A stretch of DNA of 64,000 bases, filler included, from Asterionella formosa (taxonomy: Eukaryota): the NCBI GenBank assembly GCA_002256025.1. It is 14 parts of 14 records of this genome, joined end to end, with 100 filler letters (N's around TTAATTAATTAA, not from the genome) between each part and the next. Parts side by side here need not be neighbours in the genome. Positions count along the whole stretch, not along the records: positions 17,143 to 34,168 come from NKIB01004608.1; positions 34,269 to 35,328 come from NKIB01004615.1; 12 more parts are not named here. The stretch is one strand, 5' to 3'. The notes under the pieces were generated by a model. The model was not told where the DNA came from, searched no databases, and saw only the letters and a list, made by a program, of their open reading frames with translations. Position 1 is the stretch's first letter, and each line of letters begins with the position of its first letter. The position numbers and the translations under genes are program-made. Positions 23,810-35,428 of this stretch are shown piece by piece.

Positions 23810-24489
23810 TTTCCACACTGGCAGGCTGGGTTATTAATCAGAGGAGCTAATGCATACCTCAGAGCTAATGTATACCTACCTCCCTGAGGAGAGAGACGCG
23901 CATCTATTTGCAAATAACAAGAACCGTCGGTAAGCAATTTTCAAGACCTCGCTTTGTCGTTTTCTGTTACATGATGTAGTAGGGGTAGGGATAAGCACAG
24001 TAGGGTGAATTGCATCCAGTAGACTAGACTACTGGTATTAAACGCACCAGTTGGTACCTGGTACCAGGGTAGAGGGTAGACTACCGTTACCTACTCTAAT
24101 GTATGACACTAGCTAACAAATTCATTTACATTTCTCTAAGAAAGCAATGTATTTCGTAGAAATATAGCTCAATCAGCAAAAGAAATAGCTACAGCCTCCA
24201 CCATGCTGGACCCAGGGGTATCATGCAGCTTTTTCTAGCAATGTCTCCGTGTCAGGAGGATGAGCGGAAACTATATGAGCCATATATAAAAACTATATAT
24301 ATATGAATATGCATTGTTCCTACGTGGGTACTAATACTCGTACCGGTATTGCCAGTACCGGTAACTATTTAGTTTGTTAGGGCACAGAGATTTGCCAACA
24401 ATGACGAAATAGTATTCTCATTCCGTTGTTTCATTTATTACTAGGTCCCCCCCCCCAGCATTAGAATCAACAAAACACAAGCACTTGCC

Positions 24490-27400
24490 ATGGCCTCAAA
24501 CATTGGAGCATCTATTCGGGCGGACGGTGTCTGTCGTGGCTTTCTATGGAAGGCTGTTGACAACGTCAAGGTGTACGAGTACTGCATCTTACTGGGCATT
24601 ACGCTGACGACCTACACAGACCCTCTAGCCTACTTTAGAGGCGACTACCCAACAGCCATTTACAGAATTGTGGGAGCGTCGTCAATGAATGCAGCGCATG
24701 ATTCCCAGCATCTGCAGTTCCGCATGGTTACCTTCCAGGGCACACACATTTACTGCACAGCCCCGGCACGCAGCGATTGCCTCGTGTGGCTGGAAGCGCT
24801 ACAAGCGGGTCTAGAAGCAAACATGAACGACTCAAGACCTAACAATGACACTATTAAGACATGGAGGCCCCCACTGCCAGATCAATCGGCTATGAACAAG
24901 AATCACCATAACACCTGGCGAGGAGCCAAGCTAGACAACAAACCTCCCATCTGTGTCAGTTGTGGAAGGGGAACTGAGCACTTGGAGAAGACCACGCCAC
25001 TTGTTCAGTATGGGATGGAATGCAGAGTATTGACTTGTGTGAACTGTGGCGTGGCGCAGGGCGTGCTCATGGAATTGATCACCCTTACCATGTTGTACAC
25101 TTGCTCGATCTACGAACAGCAAGCACTAAAGCAAGCCAGAGAATGTATCGCGAAAGACCCCGCAGGGGTAGTGTCTCTTTTGCGGAATGATCCCACAATT
25201 TCGTCACTGCGCCGGACCTGTCCATTGCTGGAACGGAAGTGTCACTTGTTGGAAACGGGAAGGATGGATGTAGTAGAATTTTTAGAAGAAACGGCGGATA
25301 CCAACCCGATTGGTGAACTCAAAAAGCAAGCGTTTAGAGTCGCAGGAGATATGGGGTCCGCCATGAAGTTGCTATATGAAGTCAAGTGTAAGCGTGGAAG
25401 TGGAGACATGATGGGGTATATCCTGGACTTCTTTTTGGATTTGTGCGAGGAAGGAGAATTGAGTGCCGTGGCCTTTTTTTGGCCGCAACTGCAATCCATA
25501 CACTTGGGATTACTCCCAGCCACTACATTTGATGAACTTTGCAAAGTAGAGCTTATGGAGGACTTTTTGTTGACGATTTCCACTAAATATTCGGTGCAGC
25601 TGGCAATGGAACTAGTATGGGGATGTGTGGCAGATTTGGAAGACGCCATTTCGAAAGAAGCGGCTTCAGAATGCCGGAGACGACGGTTTTCGGTCTTGCG
25701 TTTTGTATGTGAGCTGGAGTCTCTACTCTTTGACTTTTCGGAAGGATGGGGTGGCGGTAGTGTCAGCTTGCGAGGCATGCTAACTCCCAGTTCGCAACAA
25801 GTACTGATTCTGAGGGAGCACATGGCACTACTCCAAGAGGCTCGCAAGAATGGTCGCTTCCACCTTTCCAGATCTAGTAGGATTGACAAGATAAATCATT
25901 CCAAGTTTCAAAAACCACCTGAGATTGCTGCCCAGGAAGCTTTGAGAGCTGCTAAACATGCGGATTATTTTAGCTCCCACCTGAGTTTTACAAGGAGGCT
26001 CTGTGACATTGCTGAACGTTTAAGGTTTCTTGAAGTTCAGGACAGAAATCCTACATTGGTGAGGGAACTCGTTCTGCTCAATAGCAGTGGGGGTATGGGG
26101 GGAGATCCATTGAATCGATCGTCGGATCAATTGGTACGGGTAGTGAGAATTCCAACCACCGAGGGTCATGTCTTTCGATCCAAAGAGCGAACACCTGTCT
26201 TGCTGCTTATGGAAGTGGTTGAAGAAGGGCACGATAATTTATTGAATTTATTAACTGACGAGGAAAAATCATCGTTTAATGAAGCCAGGGGCAGGGAAAA
26301 TGCCAGCACTCGAAAGGCCAACAATTATACGGTGGACCCAGAAATGCCGCCAGAAGATTGGTTGTCGGACTTGAACGAATCTTTTCAAGTAGGTGATTTA
26401 GGAGTTGATGAAACGAAAACTTCGGAGGAAAATGGAGTTCGAAATCATAGGTCGTTAAGTGACCAGGAGAAGTTGGGCGCGGATACGTCAGTCCGCAAAT
26501 TTTCTTCGTCGTCTGCGGATTTTGACAGTTCCGGTAATCATCATTCACCTAGTGGTGCTTTGGGAAAATTCAAGCGATATGAAAACCAAAATGGCTTCCC
26601 AGAAACTCCCAGCAAGAGCGCCATGGAGAAGTTGGTAAATAGTGTCATGATTGATCAATTACTCCTGCCAAGTCTTGAGGATGATGAATCAAAGCTAGAC
26701 GATGAGACACAAGAAGGTGACGCATGCAAAACCTCAAGTCTGGAGTCGTCACTACGACATCCGTCAACATCGAAATTAAATCGATCGCTGGCTAATCGGA
26801 TGTCGGCCTTGGGCGAAAATCCTTTGGGAAACGATGATATTCGTCGCGAAGTGTTGACTACCATTATGACCACTGGTATGAAGGGATCCCACGCTATCGC
26901 AGCTGGTGCTGCCATGTCGGCTCAAAAATCCTTGCAAGAGCTCGACAGAAAACGTGCTGTGAATTTGATTCTGCATGGCGATGATCCGCTGCCTGCGCCA
27001 GCTGTAGGGTACACACCTCCGTCAGTCGGCATGAAGAAGGATATGGATCTTGAGCGAAAGCGGCAATTGCAACTGTGTCTTGGCGACACAGCCAACGACG
27101 ATTTGGATGTAGATTTTCCCCCACCACCCAGCGAAGATGATGAGGCTATGGAGGCTTTACGGCTGCTGCTGATTCAGAACCGTGTAACTCATGGCGATTT
27201 AAGCCAAGAAGAAGCATCAAGGGTGTATTCTATGCGTATTTCATCTCTGCGCAACATCAATTCATCATCCACCGAAGATCCTGATGTTACTTTCGACAGG
27301 AGCGAGTATATTGAAATTGATGCAGGTGATGTGGATTCTCGATTGAAGGGTTGCGGCGCTTTGCCCCCTGCTGTGTTATCAGCTCTCACACTATGGAAAG

Positions 27401-28410
27401 GTGGCGTCATTACGAATGGCGAATTGTTGGAGCTGGTCAAGAAAGACATTCAGTTCATCCAACAAGTTGAGTTGTCAGAAGCAAAATTACGGGAAGATTC
27501 AGCATTTTGGGGCCGTTTTGCTTTTGGTGAACGATGGGCGGAAAAGAAGGCCCGTATCAACGCGACATCACCAGTTGGAGCAACAAACGGTTGGGACTTG
27601 CAAGGTGTAATTGTCAAATCAAATGACGACCTTCGCCAAGAAGCGTTTGTCATGCAGCTCATTGAGCTTAGCCATGAAGCCTTTGTGGTATCGGGGCTTG
27701 AACTTTGGGTGTCACCCTATCGCATTCTGGCAACTGGCCGCAAAACGGGAATCATTGAAATGGTTCGCAATGCAATGTCATTTGATGCCCTCAAGAAGCG
27801 GCCTGGTTATGGGAAAGGAGGCTTGCGCGAGCATTTGATGCGTATGACAGAATTCAGTCCAAATCCAGGCGAAGCATTTCAAGCTGCACAACACAATTTT
27901 GTAAGATCCTTAGCGGCTTATTCTGTAATGAGTTATTTTTTCATGTTCAAGGATCGGCACAACGGCAACCTCTTGATGGATACTGCTGGTCATGTGATTC
28001 ACATAGATTTCGGTTTCGTGTTCGGTATTGCGCCAGGTGGTTCCTTTTCCCTGGAAAATAATACACCTTTCAAGCTCACGGAGGAAATGATGGAAGTTAT
28101 GGGGGGTATGCAATCTCCATTCTTCAGCGAGTTTGTTACCCTGTTTTGCTGTGGTTTCTTGGCATTGCAAGCTCATATGGACACCTTTTTGACAATTGTT
28201 GAAATTACATGTGAGGGATCATCATTCAAGTGCTTTGAAGGCCGCGCCAAGGAAGAAGTCCTTTCCAAGTTGCGAAATCGGTTCTGCCCTCAACTAAGCA
28301 AGGAGGCGAGCGTTGCGTTCGCTCTGGATCTTATCAAGCAGGCAACAACGAGTTATGGAACAAAGCAATACGACTATTACCAATACCTGTCCCAGGGTAT
28401 TGCTGCATAG
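24490..28410 (+). CDS. Phosphatidylinositol 4-kinase (type III beta-like) with N-terminal PH-like domain
   Basis: VKSNDDLRQE, KDRHNGN, HIDFGF, PFKLT, FRSKERTP, KQYDYYQY. PH-like end WLEALQ. Intronless 1306 aa. Confidence 0.92.
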   Translation: MASNIGASIRADGVCRGFLWKAVDNVKVYEYCILLGITLTTYTDPLAYFRGDYPTAIYRIVGASSMNAAHDSQHLQFRMVTFQGTHIYCTAPARSDCLVWLEALQAGLEANMNDSRPNNDTIKTWRPPLPDQSAMNKNHHNTWRGAKLDNKPPICVSCGRGTEHLEKTTPLVQYGMECRVLTCVNCGVAQGVLMELITLTMLYTCSIYEQQALKQARECIAKDPAGVVSLLRNDPTISSLRRTCPLLERKCHLLETGRMDVVEFLEETADTNPIGELKKQAFRVAGDMGSAMKLLYEVKCKRGSGDMMGYILDFFLDLCEEGELSAVAFFWPQLQSIHLGLLPATTFDELCKVELMEDFLLTISTKYSVQLAMELVWGCVADLEDAISKEAASECRRRRFSVLRFVCELESLLFDFSEGWGGGSVSLRGMLTPSSQQVLILREHMALLQEARKNGRFHLSRSSRIDKINHSKFQKPPEIAAQEALRAAKHADYFSSHLSFTRRLCDIAERLRFLEVQDRNPTLVRELVLLNSSGGMGGDPLNRSSDQLVRVVRIPTTEGHVFRSKERTPVLLLMEVVEEGHDNLLNLLTDEEKSSFNEARGRENASTRKANNYTVDPEMPPEDWLSDLNESFQVGDLGVDETKTSEENGVRNHRSLSDQEKLGADTSVRKFSSSSADFDSSGNHHSPSGALGKFKRYENQNGFPETPSKSAMEKLVNSVMIDQLLLPSLEDDESKLDDETQEGDACKTSSLESSLRHPSTSKLNRSLANRMSALGENPLGNDDIRREVLTTIMTTGMKGSHAIAAGAAMSAQKSLQELDRKRAVNLILHGDDPLPAPAVGYTPPSVGMKKDMDLERKRQLQLCLGDTANDDLDVDFPPPPSEDDEAMEALRLLLIQNRVTHGDLSQEEASRVYSMRISSLRNINSSSTEDPDVTFDRSEYIEIDAGDVDSRLKGCGALPPAVLSALTLWKGGVITNGELLELVKKDIQFIQQVELSEAKLREDSAFWGRFAFGERWAEKKARINATSPVGATNGWDLQGVIVKSNDDLRQEAFVMQLIELSHEAFVVSGLELWVSPYRILATGRKTGIIEMVRNAMSFDALKKRPGYGKGGLREHLMRMTEFSPNPGEAFQAAQHNFVRSLAAYSVMSYFFMFKDRHNGNLLMDTAGHVIHIDFGFVFGIAPGGSFSLENNTPFKLTEEMMEVMGGMQSPFFSEFVTLFCCGFLALQAHMDTFLTIVEITCEGSSFKCFEGRAKEEVLSKLRNRFCPQLSKEASVAFALDLIKQATTSYGTKQYDYYQYLSQGIAA

Positions 28411-28751
28411 CACGAATGAATACCGGTAGTGGTGTTTGACATTGCCATGTCAAATCCTTCACGATTATACCGGAATCCTGGCATGTCTGATATCTAGCGA
28501 ATAGGTGTATGTCAGGGTGGTCCAGTTCACTGAATAATGCATTCTAAATCTTTTAAAGTGTAGTATGAATGGATATGAACGATCACTTCCACTTCCCCGT
28601 GATTCAGAACGAAAGGTCAGGGCTTTGAATATATGACGAAATGTAATGCAGAAAGATAAAAGCAAGGTTGAAAAAGATTCCTTTCGTCAGTGAGATTTCT
28701 TGGGAAAATAGCTGACGACGGCCTTTGAAAATGCATTTTACAATTACTTGC

Positions 28752-29573
28752 TCACACAACTTCTGGAGTCTCCTCTGTGAGTTTGAGTTTTTCTAGTTCC
28801 ATAACAGAGTATGAGTTGTTGCTGCGACTGTGGCGAGCGACGATATACGCACTTCCGACACATCCACCCACTAGACAGAGCATACAGATACTCAACCCAA
28901 TAACGAGGAAAAGTTCCATTCGATGCGTTTCCTTGCGTGCCTGTTCTTCCTTTTCTTCAATCTGCTTCATGTAGGTGTCGTCGGTAATATGAGTAATGTA
29001 TTCTGTCGTGGGGTTCTTCAGGGCAGCCAATTGCGCCGCTTTATCAGCAGTGCAATTCACGCTCAAATGAGTAGCACCCAAGGGAAATGTCCATCCTTTC
29101 CCACAAGCAAAGGACAGGTAGATGGCCTCATCATTCTTCACTGAGTAGCACCGAGTATAGTCGCCCACACATTCATCGCCCCAGCCTTGGACATAATCCA
29201 TAATCTGATAGTTTCCACCACCTATGTTGACATGATTATCATCGGAACAAACAGTGGAGGTTGAAAAGGGAACTGCGTCATCGCTAACAGTACTCTTATG
29301 GAAGGTAAAGGCGCAAGGGAGGATTAATGAGGAATATTTACCACGAACGTTGGCACTAGCTGACTCGCAAGAATGGGTCAATTTCCCACTGGTTTGAGGA
29401 CTGCCACCCCAACCCCCACCACCGAAATCGTTGTATTGATTGTAACCACCAGAAAAGGCGCCATTACTCTGGATCTCATTGTTATTCGTTGTCCTCAAGG
29501 TAGAGCAATTAGGGACAGAACTGCTTGCCGCAACTGCCAAGAAACTTAGCACAATAAGATGGGAAGTAACCAT
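28752..29573 (-). CDS. Type I membrane protein with small Cys-rich ectodomain
   Basis: Signal peptide, several Cys, TM helix LFLVIGLSICMLCLVGGCVGSAYIVA. Confidence 0.8.
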   Translation of the reverse strand: MVTSHLIVLSFLAVAASSSVPNCSTLRTTNNNEIQSNGAFSGGYNQYNDFGGGGWGGSPQTSGKLTHSCESASANVRGKYSSLILPCAFTFHKSTVSDDAVPFSTSTVCSDDNHVNIGGGNYQIMDYVQGWGDECVGDYTRCYSVKNDEAIYLSFACGKGWTFPLGATHLSVNCTADKAAQLAALKNPTTEYITHITDDTYMKQIEEKEEQARKETHRMELFLVIGLSICMLCLVGGCVGSAYIVARHSRSNNSYSVMELEKLKLTEETPEVV

Positions 29574-31892
29574 GGTTCTACTGACCTGAAAAATGTATCA
29601 TTGATAATATTTGTGAATAAATCATCCAAAGCCTCACTACGGTACTTTTCTTTGATAGAAACACTATCTATACCGGTATATGCACGCTGAAGTCGAAAAG
29701 GAATCATATGCAAGAAGGCGTGCTATTTCAAAAGTAGACCTCGTCAACGACATTTTACATCGAGCGATACTAACTCCAATTTTCGCAGCATCATCAGTCT
29801 TTTTACTATGAAATATCATAAACCGTAGTCGTCCTTGGAGGTAGATACGTCAAACTCCGTTCTCCCCCGCAACTTCTTAGGAAATAGCTCTTGTTTTTTG
29901 TCCAAATATCTATGTAGCTACATTGCGAAATTCTAGTCGCGCGTAATCCTGTAAAGTTCTTACGCAGTAAGAACCGGTAGACGCGTTCCTTCGAGAAGTT
30001 CGCATGTTTCTTGTGAATAGAATTTTCCTTCAAGAATTTGAGCTCTTAAATTATTACCGGTACCGGGTAGGCTATTTCTTAGCGTGACACAAATACAGAC
30101 ATGATATACATACGTGCTTTTTGTGTGTCTGTGCACATTAAATTTCATTGTGTTTATCATATAGCCGATGAAGAATCGAAACCAAAGACATGAATGTTGG
30201 TCTGATTCTATCCATCTTACCACATGCACTGTTGGCTTATTGTTGTTCTGGCATTCTTATCATGCCATGCCAGAGTATATTGAGTTTACGGAGTGCTGGT
30301 ATACATTCTGTGATGATTCCCTCTAGAATTTACCTCACAACCCAAGATTGCCATGTTGATCAATTTTTGTTGGTTCTTATTTAGCCGACAATGTACACAA
30401 CATTGAATAATGATACAACACGTAATAATTTTCATTATCATGCCAAAATGTATTGATTGTAATGAGTTTTTGCAAACCTTCCGTGCTGATTGGCTCAAGA
30501 ATTCACCTGACAACAGCAGAGCTGGTTGTTATCCAGTCACAACAGACGCAACATTGAAAAACCATTTAACATCAATCAATTCATAACTACTTTTATTGAA
30601 TGTCATTGTATTGCTTATAACCTAAAAGTAAAGCATATTCTTTTTGAGTATTTGTTTGAATCTGCTGCAATCATCACTGTTTTAACGTTGTACAGTTGTT
30701 GCCATCAGCAGGTGTTATATTAGAGTCCATATTGATGTTGTTTATATGATGGAGGGATTTGTTATTGCCGTGTTGACTTGTTGTTCTCTTGGAGTAACAA
30801 CTACGAATAAGACCTGCTCGTGAGTAGAATTACTGGCGGTACTATGCAAGAAATGGATATTGTCATTCATGAACAAGTCATATTATCCAAATACAATCAA
30901 CTGAATATAAACAATTAGTGATCTGTTTATGTTCGAAAGAGTTTCTATACATAAATATTTTATAGTCTTTATTTTAGTTCTATCACTCAAAAACAGATTG
31001 TAACATTAATATCGTAGTATCTTATGATTACAGCAGTAAACTTATAGTTCATTATCATGTTGTCACAATTACTGGCTGATAATCATGATACTTTAATCTT
31101 CTTATTTATATGATCAAATCAATGCAAATATTTTGAAGTTTTCTAGCTAATATTTTAAACGTATGTTTTAAAAAAACTTTGACAAGAATATGATCCTATT
31201 ATCATCATCATTACATCACAATAGATAACAGATGAGTGTAATAATACATGGTAGTAGTATATACCAACATACAATAGACATACATGATATACCAGTATAC
31301 TACAAGCAAATAGTATCATACTGCTGCTGAGTCTGCTGTTACATTCTGATCATTGATAGTAATGTAAATCCGTTTTGTTGCATGGTTTCTAATTTTGTCG
31401 CAGCATACCACATTCTCATATCAATACAGATTAAGGTCGACATTGAACATAACAACAACAATTGTTATGACAAATAATCTGTTTTTGACCACGTTCTAAA
31501 ATCGAGGAAGAATTCGAAACAACTCATTGAACCGGTTGATAGCACATTTGTGTTTACTTCCAAATCTGATGATTACAACAGGATTTTCAATTCTCCAGAA
31601 AAAGTTGTTCATATGTTAATTCACTGCTTGGAAGAACACCGCATTTCTGGAATTTTAATGAAACCAGGTTTTGTGGCGGTAAACTATCAAGTAAATCAAA
31701 TGAAACAGGAAAATCAGGTGCCTCGTCCTCATTTCCAAACGTTCGTATTTCGGATACTTTGCATATGGAAGAACCTGCTGCACAATTAGATGACCAGGAT
31801 TTGATATTTCCATTCAATGATGAAAGTAACTCAGTGAATTCAAAAAATCAGGGCAAGGTAATGAAGAAAAAGAACTGACAGAAACTTGTGGG

Positions 31893-32321
31893 TTAGATAA
31901 TGTTACAATACATTATCCTGATTACCAAGATCGAAGTGGGTTCATTCCCAACTTGGACTTTTCCTACCAACTTTGAAAGTCCAGTCTTTTCCAATTCTGG
32001 GACCTTTGCGTCAGTATTCATTTCGTTATTAGTCTCCTGCAGCAAGGATATGACTGGACTGCCAATGGGATATGCCTTCAATGCAAATTCAAGAGGCGTG
32101 GAGCCACCAATGGAACTGCTGATACGGATTGATTCAGGAAAAGCGATAATCAACATCTCTATTAGCTCCAATGGAGCACCGCCTTCGCAGGCACGGTGAA
32201 TAGGGAGGAGCCCAAAAGTATCCATCCTTCTAGCCCTTTCTGGCTTTTCCCGAACGCTCTCGACAGCAGAAGTCCAATTTTTGAAGACAAGAAGTACAGG
32301 CAGGGAATAAGATTTTGTCAT
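31893..32321 (-). CDS. Short ankyrin-like protein, paralogous to the N-terminus of 21334-22233
   Basis: GLLPIHRACEGGAPLELIEMLIIAFPESI...GSTPLEFA. 3' end may be spliced or truncated. Confidence 0.65.
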   Translation of the reverse strand: MTKSYSLPVLLVFKNWTSAVESVREKPERARRMDTFGLLPIHRACEGGAPLELIEMLIIAFPESIRISSSIGGSTPLEFALKAYPIGSPVISLLQETNNEMNTDAKVPELEKTGLSKLVGKVQVGNEPTSILVIRIMYCNII

Positions 32322-33088
32322 ATGTTATATAGTGATGATGAAGCAATGAACAAAGAATTCAGTTTGTTGACAAAGTGTTTGTGGAACTGAGCGATTCAAA
32401 CGAATTTGATTTATGAGCGCACCTAAATTTTGTTTGATATACCGGTATAAACTGGTACACAGCACATATATTCCTTGAATCATGCATTGATGATTGGCAA
32501 TAATAGGCCTTCTCAATTGATATTTCCATGATTCAAAAGGAAACAAGGAAACAAGGACCACAGGAATCATATCAGCACCTGATGAGGAACCCTAACCACA
32601 ATGATGTAAGGGTACTGGTACCAGGGAAACAGGTACAAAAGAGATGCACATGATTGGATGGCAGTATACCGGTATTATGTTTTCCTTGTTTGTCGTCTAT
32701 AATTACCGGTAGATATCACCCGTTCTAGGTACCAGGTACCTGGAACTGGGAGGTACGGGAAATTCCGTACTTCCTCGCTACGTGGAAAATTCCTTATGTG
32801 TATCGTGCACGGAGTCGCGTGTTCTTCTATGAAGTTCGCGTACTTCTTGAAAAGCACGCGCGACTATCATATCATCGAATCGAGTTTGAGCGCTGATCAT
32901 GCATTAAACATTCACGGGCAATACCGTATGAACATTGCTTCCAGTACACGGCTAGATATCACATACCGTTAGTATACTGGTGTCCAGTACCGGTACCTGG
33001 TACCTGATACGGAGTACGAGGTAGGTGGAGTACTGTACCTGGTACACTCCGTATCTAATCATTCGAACCCCCTGTCCGTACCGGTGGT

Positions 33089-33124
33089 TACCCTGGTACC
33101 AGGTACCAGGTACCAGGTTCCTGG
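33089..33124. repeat. Stack TA-CCCTGG-TA-CCAGG-TA-CCAGG-TA-CCAGG
   Basis: Read directly; further units at 32727-32743 and 32987-33005. Confidence 0.9.
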
Positions 33125-33290
33125 TGCCATCAGGGTACATATCGGCACCTTTATGTCACTTCACGTATGGTATGCGGATGATAATATACCGGTAGTTTCA
33201 AAAAGCCCACGTACCGGTATCCCTATTACCCGGTATGTTCTGATTCCTGAGTATGCTCGATTTTGAGTAGATTGAGAACCTTGAATCTTA

Positions 33291-34168
33291 GGGTCGTTCT
33301 TATCATTTTCGATTTGGTATCATTTTTTTTGAAAAAGTATCATGTAACGGCTACTCGATTTAAACCGAAAAAATCCATTCTCCACAAAAATAAAAATGAA
33401 ATTGTATCACCCAAAAAGTATCACGAAAATTCAACGGTTACGGGCTGGCTACAATCATGTGCATATCCCTCCAGGCTTCCCTCCAGACTATTTCGATAAT
33501 TTTCCATTACTAAAACCATGTAGGAAAACTACGCGTATTATGTAGCAGTATGGAATATATAGCTGACATACCTGCTTAATTCTTGATTTGCCATGAGTCA
33601 ACACAGACATGCAAGATCCTCTATACACTTCTTCTTACACTTCCGCTTGCCATCATCCCCTTTCAAGTTTACAAGCAATCAGCACCATGTCATCATTGTC
33701 AGTGCACAATGACGAACAAGTGGATCAACATTGGACTGAAGAAGGTGCCGTGAATATCAACGATGGCAATGATGATGATGGTAATGATGTCATCAGTAAT
33801 CAATTTTTTGATAATGAAAACAACCATCAATTCTTTGATTACGATGACCATGATCAATTCTTTATCCTTTGTCATCTGGCTCTGGAAACTGAAACGAAAG
33901 TTAAAAAGAGGAAGGCGAAATGGGAGCATGAGAGAATGTCATGGCATTCTCATGTCAAGAAGCTGTGTCATGAGGACGCATTTGAAAAGACTTGTAGAAT
34001 GTCCCTTCGAGCGTTGAGAAATTGGATGTAATGCCTGGTACTTCTGTCATTCGAGATGTTATTCTTGAAAGAATTGCTAACATGGGTTTGCAAAGACCTC
34101 CAGGTAATATTGAAAGAAAAAGGTTGGAATTACATGAATTAAATTTAATGTAGATTATAATTGATTGT
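33291..34168 (+). mobile_element. Internally deleted PIF/Harbinger element with family A TIR
   Basis: TTA|GGGTCGTTCTTATCATTTT. 33539-34012 is near-identical to the reverse complement of about 60106-60566. After 34012 comes a transposase-C-terminus-like frame (SVIRDVILERIANMGLQRPPGN...*) ending at 34153. Confidence 0.85.
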
Positions 34169-34395
34169 NNNNNNNNNNNNNNNNNNNNNNNNNNNNNNNN
34201 NNNNNNNNNNNNTTAATTAATTAANNNNNNNNNNNNNNNNNNNNNNNNNNNNNNNNNNNNNNNNNNNNCTACTGCTAATAGCTGTACCGGTAGTACTAGG
34301 GGTTCCGAGGACTCAGTCAATTATGAACATCAACTGAGAACAACAACAATCAACAATATACCTATGGAAGCGACCCACTGCCACATCAAAACATC

Positions 34396-35328
34396 ATGTC
34401 AGACAATGAAGAAATAGTTTGTGCATCTCAAGATAGATGCATGGTGAAGGAGCTTCCAAGGTCAACTGCACATAACTGCCCGGGATGTGGGTATAGCATT
34501 CATGCTCTTTGCGGCCATTTGCATGAAGAAGCAGATATTCAGTTCAAAACAACATGCTTCCATTGCTATGAAAAGTTCGGTCGCGCCCTGATGGATCCAG
34601 ATGATGCAACTGCATTGCAACAACTCCAACAAGATGAAGAGAGGAGACATGATTCCAATCAAGGACAAGAGGAGGGCATGGTAGTACTTGCACATGTCAA
34701 TATATTGGATAGCATTTTACCACCAGAGATTGACAAACAAGGCAGCACTAGTATTAGAGAACGTGATACACGAAAAGCGAAGAAGGAAGCAAATAAAATG
34801 AAGTCCTTACAGCTCATGAATTTAGCAAATATCAGAGGGAACACAAGAGCAAAATCAACAATGAGCCGGCACCAGTCTGAACATGAAGTCTTTCTGTTAT
34901 ATCTTTATAAACATGAGGACCAGCTACTACTAGGACCGGAGATGCTATCGCAAATCAGATATATCACTGATGATATTGACAACATTCCCATTCATATGAA
35001 GAAAACAAGATCAGTGATACGCAGTTTTCTTGAAAGGGAAGTCTGTACAGGATTGCATCCAATTAAATTTGAGGACTTAAAGCCTACAGACTTCGCAAAG
35101 TATCTTGGGACCCTCAGTAATCCAGTGACAGGCTGTCTACTTAGTCAGAAGATGTATAAAAACAAGAAAACATCACTTTACAACCTGTTTAAGAAGTATA
35201 AGATGAAGGTTACAGACGACTTTGATGATGAGCTGAAAGATCTAATTGCTGGCGTCAAACGAATTGCAAGTAAGGCAAAATAAGATGGGATGGATAGCCT
35301 TGAGGAAGGAAAACGTGAATTGACAATC
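34396..35328 (+). mobile_element. N-terminal half of a Crypton-like recombinase ORF with a Cys/His finger; in-frame stop at 35281
   Basis: HNCPGCGYSIHALCG...CFHC; ...AGVKRIASKAK*DGMDSLEEGKREL resembles the G.KR...EGK..L motif preceding the CryptonS catalytic domain. Confidence 0.6.
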
Positions 35329-35428
35329 NNNNNNNNNNNNNNNNNNNNNNNNNNNNNNNNNNNNNNNNNNNNTTAATTAATTAANNNNNNNNNNNNNNNN
35401 NNNNNNNNNNNNNNNNNNNNNNNNNNNN

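Noticed and set aside
23844..23877. 18-bp tandem duplication GAGCTAATG(C/T)ATACCT in a divergent promoter
   Set aside because: Real, but only two copies and no evidence of function.
25242..25889. 215-aa antisense ORF and similar shadow ORFs over real genes
   Set aside because: Opposite-strand or alternate-frame by-products with no recognisable motifs.
30250..31880. AT-rich region with short ORFs
   Set aside because: No motif or terminal repeat I could support; probably old repeat debris.
33089..33124. (GGTACCA)n as telomeric or simple satellite repeat
   Set aside because: Arrays are short, interstitial and mix unit types and orientations.
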